From positions 2,880,001 through 2,944,000 of the forward strand of contig OY970223.1 of the NCBI GenBank assembly GCA_963714015.1: DNA of 64,000 bases, written 5' to 3'. This DNA is from Vulcanimicrobiota bacterium (lineage in GTDB: Bacteria; Vulcanimicrobiota; Vulcanimicrobiia; Vulcanimicrobiales; Vulcanimicrobiaceae). Under the pieces are notes generated by a model. The model was not told the origin of the DNA. It searched no databases and worked only from the letters and a program-made list of their open reading frames with translations. A program made the position numbers and the translations under genes. Every line of letters starts with the position of its first letter. Within the stretch, counting starts at the first letter, position 1. Below are positions 9,739 to 17,459 of the stretch, piece after piece.

Positions 9739-10132
9739 TGCTTGCATAAGCATGAGATCCGACTAAGCCGCCAAGGCGGCCGACATGATCAAGAACTTGC
9801 GCGTTTCCAATCCCATGTAGGCGACTCGAAAATAAGCCAGATCAATTTTGTGGACCCTTGCTCGCAAATGGTTCTTCAATCCAGATCGATTTTCGCGAAT
9901 GCGGATTGACACTCCCGGGCGAGCATTTGTTTCCACGTCTGAGAGCCAGACGCGTGTCAATCGACCAAAGAATCGCAGGAGTAAAAAGGCACAAAGCGAG
10001 CGGTTGGCGGCTATATATCAAGCGAGTAGGCGTTGGATGTCTTGCTTGCAACGGGATCACCAATATTGGGGATGTCCGGGTCGTAGTTCCCGCGATAGGT
10101 TCGCAGAGCAGCGCCCGTTTCAAAGGGAGGGA

Positions 10133-10303
10133 ATGCTGATGGACGCCTATCTGCAGTCGAGGTCGTGGACGCTGGGCGATACGCGTCCTGCCACGGATCC
10201 TAGACAATGGGCTCGCTATTCTTCGCTTCGTCGCGCACAGCGCCGTCGAACACCCCGTGTGCTCAACGCCAAAAAGGACGGTGAGGCGGTGCATACCGAG
10301 TGA
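10133..10303 (+). CDS. Small basic hypothetical protein
   Basis: RBS GGAGG, MLMDAYLQSRSW...; stop overlaps the next GTG (10300). Confidence 0.4.
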   Translation: MLMDAYLQSRSWTLGDTRPATDPRQWARYSSLRRAQRRRTPRVLNAKKDGEAVHTE

Positions 10304-10489
10304 AAAAAGACGAACCCCGAAGGCGCAGCCTACGGGATTCGAAAACGCCCGACGGGGAGCAGGTCCTGCAAGATGAGCTCCGCCGTTCAGCACGGTCATT
10401 AAAGCACATCCGGATGCGCCGTTCAAGTGGCGCTGCGGCGTCTGCTTCCCGTCGGGCTTTCTCCACTTCAGCTTCGGAGGAAAGCCCGC

Positions 10490-10681
10490 ATGAAAAGCAC
10501 CCTACCGATTTCGAAACGCCGTTCGCGCGGCCAGCGCGATTCCCGTCGCAAAGATGCCGCCGAATGCGAGATCGTTCTGCGGCGCGAGAACGCCCCGGCG
10601 TTGACGGACGGCCACGATCTTGAGCCGTTACTACTGTTGCGCTTGTTGCAAGAGGCCGACGAGGGAAACGGCGATGCCTAA
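10490..10681 (+). CDS. Small Arg-rich hypothetical protein
   Basis: RBS GGAGG, MKSTLPISKRRSRGQRDSRRKD...; stop overlaps the start of the next gene. Confidence 0.45.
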   Translation: MKSTLPISKRRSRGQRDSRRKDAAECEIVLRRENAPALTDGHDLEPLLLLRLLQEADEGNGDA

Positions 10682-11123
10682 ACGACCCAGCTTCCTGACG
10701 GCGCGCCGAGTGGCGATTGCCCAGATAGCCGTGCCCACGGCAAAAGGCCTGATGTTCTCAGAGACCGCGGTCGAGATTTGTCCCAAGAACCCGCTTACCG
10801 ATTATCGCCGTTCTCTCGGCTTCGAGATCACCGATGCCGCAAAAGTCACCGGGCTGCCGGCGAATCTTTTCCTAGCCATTGAAGCCGCAACGGTCGACAT
10901 GTCGGCCCGCGAAGTGCTTGTGCTTCGCGGGCTGTACGAGCAAATCGCCGAGCACGCGAACTCGCCCTCTCAGAAACAACGCGAATGCGACGACCGCAAC
11001 GTGAAAAGTTGGGATGACGACCTCTCGCGTGAGATCGATGGTGTCGTCGAGAGCGGAACGCCGATAGCTCTTGCATACATCGACCTATTGGGGAGATCGT
11101 TGCCTGACGGTGACAAGTGTTGA
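10674..11123 (+). CDS. XRE-type HTH domain protein
   Basis: NPLTDYRRSLGFEITDAAKVTGLPANLFLAIEA helix-turn-helix pattern. Confidence 0.6.
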   Translation: MPKRPSFLTARRVAIAQIAVPTAKGLMFSETAVEICPKNPLTDYRRSLGFEITDAAKVTGLPANLFLAIEAATVDMSAREVLVLRGLYEQIAEHANSPSQKQRECDDRNVKSWDDDLSREIDGVVESGTPIALAYIDLLGRSLPDGDKC

Positions 11124-11260
11124 GCACTCGAAAATTTACGACGCGCCGGTCGTACTGGCCGTATACGACTCGCTTTGCACTTTTAAGAAACGAAGATTCG
11201 CACGACCCCTTGCACGAGAGATACGTCTGAAACAGACAGCACTTCTGATTTTTCGCAAGA

Positions 11261-11404
11261 GATCTTTGAAAACTGAATAACGATTTTAACTTGCGGCTCT
11301 CCGCCAAGCGGAGACGTGACGGAGAGCCGATGTGCGGTGCGCGTTCTTTTATCTTCAAAAGCCGTGATGGCTCTCCATCCTTCGACGACATGGGCGGAGA
11401 GCCG
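11261..11404 (+). ncRNA. Candidate structured RNA unit 1 (boxA-like plus twin GGCTCTCC/GGAGAGCC hairpins)
   Basis: GATCTTTGAAAACTGAATA 11261-11279; stems 11294-11303/11320-11329 and 11369-11376/11396-11403; lies between convergent genes. Confidence 0.45.
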
Positions 11405-11437
11405 GATATCGAAATCTGTCACCGGTTAGCGCCAGAA

Positions 11438-12082
11438 TTACCATGCGATCCGCCCGGGCCACGGCTTGCCGCTGAGCCGTTCGATTGCGTTACGTGTGCC
11501 TCGATATCGATCACCGTCATAGGCGGCTTTCCGAACCGTCTCGACAATGGACAGCACGACGGCGTTCTCGCGCGCAGTTCGCGCCGGCATGGCGATGTAT
11601 TCGTAGCCGGCGACGACGTCCGGAGGCACGTCGGCGAGCAGGATGAGGTCGCGAATGATCCGCTCGAAGCGAAAGCCGGCATGATTCTTTAGAACGATCG
11701 AAACGTGCCCGGCGGTCGAGTGCACGATTCGAACTTGGGTTTCGAAGTTTTCGAGGTTGCCCAACGTGCGCAGACACATGGCCAGCGTCCGCACCGTGAA
11801 GCGGCCGACGCGAGCGTCGCCGATTTTGCGGTCCATCGTTCGGCAAACTTCGGAGATCGCGGTCGAGGCGGCTTTCTCTGCGGCTTCGAAATTAAATTGG
11901 TGCGGGCGAAGATCGAGGTCTCCGGCTGGCGCTTCGAACCTCAGATGCATGGTTTGTCGCACTTCGTCGAGCGGGAATCGTCGACAGTGTACTTGGATTT
12001 TGCCTCCTGCGATGGTGCAGACCATCTCCTTGTCGAGAAATTGCGCTCGTCCTGCTTCCGGAAAGTACGTTGACTTCATCAT
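11438..12082 (-). CDS. Hypothetical protein
   Basis: RBS AGGAG then ATGATG (MMKSTYFPE...), 214 aa, within ORF 11438..12370. Confidence 0.65.
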   Translation of the reverse strand: MMKSTYFPEAGRAQFLDKEMVCTIAGGKIQVHCRRFPLDEVRQTMHLRFEAPAGDLDLRPHQFNFEAAEKAASTAISEVCRTMDRKIGDARVGRFTVRTLAMCLRTLGNLENFETQVRIVHSTAGHVSIVLKNHAGFRFERIIRDLILLADVPPDVVAGYEYIAMPARTARENAVVLSIVETVRKAAYDGDRYRGTRNAIERLSGKPWPGRIAW

Positions 12083-12126
12083 TTTTCTCCTGCGGTTGAC
12101 GCAGTCCAAGACCGCGGAGAAAAACG

Positions 12127-13032
12127 TCATCGAAAGTCGGAGTACCGCCAGTCCTTTATGAAGCGCACCTCGTCGGAAAGCATTCTTTCGGGGTTTTCGA
12201 CAACATAGCTGCGCATCCACAAATCGGCTAGACACAAGAGCGACGTCTCGAGCACTTCGATTTGAGTGTCTTGACAGCCGGCGACCGCCATGGCGGCGAT
12301 CGCGAGTCGCCCGGGCACGTTGTCCGCAAGGAGTTTCAAGCGCGTCACCGTCAGTGTCGGCTCGACCCACCTCCTGAAAGCCTTTTCGAAAACCCTGCGA
12401 TGTCGGTGGAGGTACATCAGATCGATTTTCGCGGTTTCCCGTCTCAAGACGGACTGGATACCGTCGAGAAACGCGTCGCGCCGGCTTCTGGCGACCTCGT
12501 GGACCTCAAAGACGTAGCGCGCAAGCGACTGCGAACTGTCGAAGTCGCTGCCGCGATTCATGGCAAAGCCGATGGCGACGTTGTCGTTGTGGTCCAAAAC
12601 CGTGCTTCCACTAAGCGCGCTCGCCGCGCTTAATCCAAGCCAGAGATCGTAAACGTCGTCGCGCAACTGCTTGGACCGTGGTACGGCCAACGCGGTCGCC
12701 AGCGTGCCGACGACGTCGATATAATGACCGCAGGTCCAGAGCATCCATAGACCGCTGCACCAGGCGATTCCCGATGATTTCAAAGCTTCGCCCAGAGCCC
12801 AAGAGCGTCGCGCGTCCGGAGCATGCACGCCTCGTCTCCAATCGTCGAAACTTTTGCCTGCGGTAGTAGAGGATTTCGGATCCCATTTTTCGATGGCGCG
12901 CTCCAGCGCCCTTACTACGCGACCGCGATAGGGACGCACGTCAAGACGGTTTTTCCGACCTTCGGCCTTGACCAACATTTTCAGTATGCGCGAAAGGCGC
13001 TGTTCTACGGCATTCTTCAGAGTGCGCGGCAT
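12127..13032 (-). CDS. Hypothetical protein with XRE-like HTH segment (putative regulator)
   Basis: 301-aa ORF; KSFDDWRRGVHAPDARRSWALGEAL resembles the W.xG..xP end of XRE HTHs; divergent from the transposase. Confidence 0.6.
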   Translation of the reverse strand: MPRTLKNAVEQRLSRILKMLVKAEGRKNRLDVRPYRGRVVRALERAIEKWDPKSSTTAGKSFDDWRRGVHAPDARRSWALGEALKSSGIAWCSGLWMLWTCGHYIDVVGTLATALAVPRSKQLRDDVYDLWLGLSAASALSGSTVLDHNDNVAIGFAMNRGSDFDSSQSLARYVFEVHEVARSRRDAFLDGIQSVLRRETAKIDLMYLHRHRRVFEKAFRRWVEPTLTVTRLKLLADNVPGRLAIAAMAVAGCQDTQIEVLETSLLCLADLWMRSYVVENPERMLSDEVRFIKDWRYSDFR

Positions 13033-13161
13033 GTCCAGATCATCGTTCCAGATCAGCCGGCACGACCTTTTTTAAAATCGCCGGGCTGCGTTCGGGCAAC
13101 GCAGGGAAGTACAATTGCGCCACGTTGGGCCGCTCGATACTGAGTGCCCCGCGAAAAACCG

Positions 13162-13535
13162 GCTCCTTGAAAACCGAAAATTTGAAATGTCGGCCGCAGG
13201 CTGGCGCATGCACGATCTCGTTGTTTACGTCGAGGACGCGCATGTCGCTCCGTTATGCGGCGTCAATGAGCGGCGTCCGAGTCGGCATAGCCGGAATTTC
13301 AACGTCGCAGTCACTCGAGCCCGGAAGGCGGGCGAATCGCGAACGGTGAGGGCCTCACCGTTCGCGAGAACGATGAGGCCCCTACACAAGTCCCCGGTGG
13401 CATCTCCAGTTTTCGACGCTGAGAGCCGTCGGGCACCCGACCAGTATGCGCTTTCCGCTACCGCCCTCGCAAGGGGGCACGCGGGCGCGGTCGGACCCGA
13501 CCGGGGACGCACCGCAACAGGAGATTGTTGTGCGT
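13162..13535 (+). ncRNA. Candidate structured leader/ncRNA unit 2 upstream of the transposase
   Basis: boxA-like GCTCCTTGAAAACCGAA, 31-nt palindrome 13337-13367, GCGA- and GCAA-capped stems, closing stem GTCCCCGG/CCGGGGAC 13390-13508. Confidence 0.55.
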
Positions 13536-13649
13536 AAAACTCCAGAAAACGGGCGCTTCTATCGAGCGCCAATTCGGCATGCGTCGATTTGGACGCGCGT
13601 TATGCGCGAGAACGGCTGCGTCCGCCCGGGAGGCAGGATCCCATGCTGA
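13530..13649 (+). CDS. Putative 39-aa leader peptide coupled to the transposase
   Basis: AGGAG 13519-13523, GTG 13530, stop overlaps the transposase ATG (ATGCTGA). Confidence 0.4.
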   Translation: MRKTPENGRFYRAPIRHASIWTRVMRENGCVRPGGRIPC

Positions 13650-15410
13650 GCCCGGGGCACGGCACACCTGCGAAGCCTAGCGAGGTCTTCCCGTACAAGC
13701 CGCCGCGCTTCATCCGCGAGGATTCCAAGCGCGCCCGGCTAGAGGCGGACGCCCTGGCCGCCATGGCGGATGCGGGCATGGGCCGCAAAGATGTCCGCTA
13801 CGTGCACGCCCTGGAGGACGAGCCCGTCGATCAGGCCCAGCTCGATGACGAGGTCAAGGGATCGCCCGACGGTACGATTTTCTGGGTGCGGTCCAGCTCG
13901 TGCCGGCAGTGCAGCGGCAAGAAGCCGCGCCGCCGCCGGGACAAGAAAACCGGGAAGCTCATCGAGCCCAAGAGCAAGCCGCACGCTCCGGGCAAATGCC
14001 GCAAGCGGGAGCGAGAGCGCGTCACCCGCATGGGCGAAGACGTCTTCACGTGCTCGCACAAAGGCTGGAAGAACGCCCAGCAGTGCGTGCACATCCGCAA
14101 GGCCAAGAAGAAACTGGGCATCCTCTCCGGTCCGTACTCGACGGCGCGCCGCCGCAAGCCGACGATCTGGATCTTCTCCTCCGGCTTTAAGGAGGCGACG
14201 CGCCGAAGCAACGCCTACAAAGAGATGCCCAGACGCGTTCCGCAACTCGCCTACGAATTCTGCCGGCGCTTCGTCACGCCGCCGCGGAGTGCCGGGCGTA
14301 CCGGAATTCCGTTGGCCGCAGTGTGCTTCGCGCTGCTGATGAAGGTGTTCATAAACCGCGATTATGACGGCATGGTGCACACGCTCGCGCACGACGAGAC
14401 CGTCAGCAAGTTCTGGCGATTGCTCGCGCCAAATTTCGCGGACGAGTTGCCGGAAACAGGCACGTTTTCGAAGCGCTTCGGCAACGAAAATCTGACGCCG
14501 TACATGTACGACATCATCCCTGCGCAGGGCAAAATGGGCCGCAAGATCGATTACATGAACCTGATCGATTCGGACCAGCATCCCAAGATACCGACCATGA
14601 ATTCGTGCACGCTCAAGTTCGGCGGTCCGCCGCCGGCGTGGCGGAAGGTGGCGGAGATGGTGAAGCGCCACTTCGGGATCGGCAACGTGAGCAACCTGAT
14701 CGTCGCGCTGGACGTGACGCTCGACACCGGCATCGGCTCGAGCGACGGCTGCCATCTGCCCAGCATGGCGCGCCAAATGTTGGAAGCGCAGGGACGGCCG
14801 TTTCCCTCGGCCGCGGATCAGGCGTACTCGGGCAAACGCAACTTCCGCGAGTTGCAAAAGATGGGATTCGAAGCGCTCTACATTCCCGAGAAGGCGAACG
14901 AGCAGCGCCTGACGGCGCGCAACGAGTGGTGCGAACTGGCGAAGAAAATGGCGGCGTTCGAAAAGGACCGCGAGCACGAGTACAAGTCAAACCAACGCAA
15001 TCGCAGCAAGGCCGAGAACTACCCGTCAAGATCGAAGCACTACTATCCGATGGGACGGCTGCGCGCGCGAAAGGGCGATCCGAAGCCGGATTACCCGAAG
15101 GATCTGAAACTCACGGACGACGGGAAACTGGACGAGCAGTCTGTCTCTGCTCCCAGAGGACGTCATCGAACGCATCATCAAGGCCGCGGAAGTCGCAGTC
15201 GGCGTCGCCCCTTTGAACGAAACGCTCGCGGTCGCCATCGTTGACAACCTGCGCTCGCTGGTGATGCTGGAGCACCTCTTCGACGTGCGCGTGGACTTCG
15301 ACGATCCGGAGTGGGCGTTCGAGGGGATCACGACGGTTTTCGAAGAGGAGATCCGCATCCAGGTGTCAGGACCGAGGCCGCGGCCGTCGGACGGAATGGA
15401 CCCGGCGTAG
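13643..15410 (+). mobile_element. SWIM-zinc-finger DDE transposase (IS4/IS5-like DDE_Tnp_1 fold), frameshift ~15145
   Basis: SWIM-like FTCSHKGWKNAQQCVHI; catalytic LIDSD, AADQAYS, RNRSKAENYPSRSK; C-terminal NETLAVAIVDNLRSL in ORF 15213..15410. Confidence 0.8.
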
Positions 15411-15715
15411 CCGGCGCTGGCGCGTCGCGCCGTGCCACTCGGCCGGACAGGTGCGCGTGCCAAAGCGTTCGCCGATCACGGCCTGCAACGGCACCATGAG
15501 ATCCATGGATGACGGACCGGAGTTCCGCGATGAACTCCGGCCCGCGCGTCCCCGCAGAAAGTCGGATTCATCGATCTCGATGAAGCACTCCCGCTCGTTC
15601 TCGCGGATTCGGCACCCCAATCGTTGCGCGGTCCGCGGCCCGTCACCGAATACCAGCGCGGGCGGTTTTCGGCGGGAAAGCGCAAACGCCGTGCGGTTCA
15701 CGAGACCTTCGCTCG

Positions 15716-15958
15716 TCAGCGGTTCCACTCGCCGTCGGTCTCTTCGAACCGGTCGCGTTCCGGAGCCATCCGGCCGTTGGGGTAGCCGCAAGCGATGCTG
15801 CCGAAGTAGAGGTATCCGTTGCGCCAAACCTTCGGAAGGTCGTCAAGCCGGTCCGCGACCGGCGTCTCGTCGTCGCCCGGCTTTTCCGAAAGCAGCGCTT
15901 CGAGCGCCGCGTCCAGGCCAGCAATGTGCTTCTCGGTGTTGCAGTCGATGATGTGCAT
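15716..15958 (-). CDS. Small acidic hypothetical protein
   Basis: RBS GGGAG, MHIIDCNTEKH..., 80 aa. Confidence 0.5.
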   Translation of the reverse strand: MHIIDCNTEKHIAGLDAALEALLSEKPGDDETPVADRLDDLPKVWRNGYLYFGSIACGYPNGRMAPERDRFEETDGEWNR

Positions 15959-16022
15959 TTGCGTCTCCCGTGATCGACGGAATAGTAGCATCGATCTTCG
16001 TCTGATGAAAGTCGCGCCGAAG

Positions 16023-16056
16023 GAAAAGAGCCCGACCTCATCGCCGGACTCTTTTC
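16023..16056 (-). terminator. Intrinsic terminator-like hairpin
   Basis: Minus strand GAAAAGAGTCCG-N10-CGGGCTCTTTTC; pairs better (G-U) on the minus strand. Confidence 0.5.
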
Positions 16057-16071
16057 GTGTTCCTCGCGCGC

Positions 16072-16197
16072 GCGAATGCTGGAAATCCGTTATTCGTTAT
16101 GCGAATTCTGGAAATGGGCGCGAATTCCGCAAATCCGATTTTGCGTAGGGGCCAATTCTGGAAACGCCTTGCAAAATTGGATTTACGGTGTACGACA
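16072..16197. repeat. Repeat-rich putative element end
   Basis: Four imperfect copies of GCGAATTCTGGAAAT (16072, 16101, 16120, 16151); inverted pair 16131-16144/16171-16184; ends ...TACGACA. Confidence 0.55.
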
Positions 16198-16199
16198 CG

Positions 16200-16550
16200 C
16201 TACATCTGCATTTGGGAGATTTCGTTGTACGCGCTGAGCAGCTTGTTGCGGATAGCCAAGGTGAACTGCATTGCAAGGTTCGCCTCTTCGACCGACGTCA
16301 CGACCTTGCTCACGTCGTTCGTCTTGCCCGTGGCTAGATCTTGGGAAAGCTGATTGGACTGCGTGACCTTGTCATTGACGTCGCCCAAAAACGACTGCAC
16401 CGTATCTTTGAAAGACGGCGTTCCGGAGACGCCGGCCGCGCCCGCCGAAGAATTGCCGCTCGAATCGCTGCTGCCCACGCCGACGTCCGGAACGAACGTT
16501 CCGGGAATGGCCTTGCTCATGGCGGCGTTGTAGCCTGCGTTGATTTCCAT
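16200..16550 (-). CDS. fliE: Flagellar hook-basal body protein FliE
   Basis: SFKDTVQSFLGDVN...ANLAMQFTLAIRNKLLSAYNEISQMQM. Confidence 0.95.
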   Translation of the reverse strand: MEINAGYNAAMSKAIPGTFVPDVGVGSSDSSGNSSAGAAGVSGTPSFKDTVQSFLGDVNDKVTQSNQLSQDLATGKTNDVSKVVTSVEEANLAMQFTLAIRNKLLSAYNEISQMQM

Positions 16551-16552
16551 TT

Positions 16553-16996
16553 TTATCCTGCACTGCGCAGCAGATTCAAAGTTGCGCTCGACATGAGGCG
16601 AGCTTCTTGCATTGCGGAGACGTTTGCCTGATAGGCGCGCGAAGCGGCCATCAGATCGACCATCTCTTTGATTACCGAGACGTTCGGATAGTGAACGTAG
16701 CCGCGCGCGTCGGCGTCGGGGTTGCTCGGATCGAACTCGAGCCGATCGGGACTGTTGTCCTGCGTGATGCCGAGCACTTGAACGCCGTCCTGTGACGAGG
16801 AACTGCTCTCGGGATCGCCCGGATCGGACGAGCCGCCGGTTTTCTGCGCGAAGACGACCAGCTGCCGTTTGAACGGGCCGCCCTGCGGCGTATGCGTCGT
16901 GTTGGCGTTGGCGATGTTGTTGGCGATGACGTCCATCGCCAGCCGTTCGGCCGAAAGGCCGGAAGCGCTGATCTCGACCGAATCGTATAAACTCAT
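16553..16996 (-). CDS. flgC: Flagellar basal-body rod protein FlgC
   Basis: ISASGLSAERLAMDVIANNIANANTT...YPNVSVIKEMVDLMAASRAYQAN. Confidence 0.97.
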   Translation of the reverse strand: MSLYDSVEISASGLSAERLAMDVIANNIANANTTHTPQGGPFKRQLVVFAQKTGGSSDPGDPESSSSSQDGVQVLGITQDNSPDRLEFDPSNPDADARGYVHYPNVSVIKEMVDLMAASRAYQANVSAMQEARLMSSATLNLLRSAG

Positions 16997-17424
16997 TGCG
17001 GCTGCTCCGTTACGGCCTCACGAAGGCGCATGAACTGCACTTGAAGCAGCTGCGACATCGTCTGCGAGTAGCTGGAGTTTTGCGCCAGCGAGGCGGATTC
17101 TTGATCCAGGTCGATGTTGCTGCCGTCAACGCGCATTTGATCGCTGTCGTCCACTTGTATCTGCGGGTCGAACGGAACGGGGCCGTTCGTACCGCCCAGT
17201 TGCCGGCCGTCGTCGACCGCCATCGGCAATTCGTCGCTAGAGGCGGGATCGCCCGAGGCCGCCGCCAGCTCGTCTTTGAAATTGACGGTTTGACGCCGGT
17301 AATTCGGCGTGTTCATGTTCGCAATGTTGGAGGCTATCGCGCTGTTCTCCAGACCTGCTCCGGAAATCGCGTTGCTCAACGTGTCGACCGTCGAACCGAA
17401 GCCCACGGCGCTGATGTCACTCAT
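16993..17424 (-). CDS. flgB: Flagellar basal-body rod protein FlgB
   Basis: IASNIANMNTPNYRRQTVNF...DGSNIDLDQESASLAQN. Confidence 0.95.
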   Translation of the reverse strand: MSDISAVGFGSTVDTLSNAISGAGLENSAIASNIANMNTPNYRRQTVNFKDELAAASGDPASSDELPMAVDDGRQLGGTNGPVPFDPQIQVDDSDQMRVDGSNIDLDQESASLAQNSSYSQTMSQLLQVQFMRLREAVTEQPQ

Positions 17425-17432
17425 TACCTACC

Positions 17433-17459
17433 GTATCGGCCGCAGGCAGGCGCCTTTTA
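17433..17459 (-). promoter_or_regulatory. Sigma-28 (FliA/SigD) promoter of flgB
   Basis: TAAA-N15-GCCGATAC on the minus strand, 8 nt before the flgB ATG. Confidence 0.75.

Noticed and set aside
11134..11169. GTCGTAC..CCGTA as a left-end partner of the 16197 terminus (also TGTTGTGCGTAAA at 13526)
   Set aside because: Short gapped similarity, no 15-mer array and no target duplication.
16002..16030. CTGATGA...GAAA hammerhead-like core
   Set aside because: No stem II between the motifs and no flanking stems.
1..16197. Integron cassette array, CRISPR array or intact prophage
   Set aside because: No attC sites, regularly spaced repeats, cas, integrase or virion genes seen.
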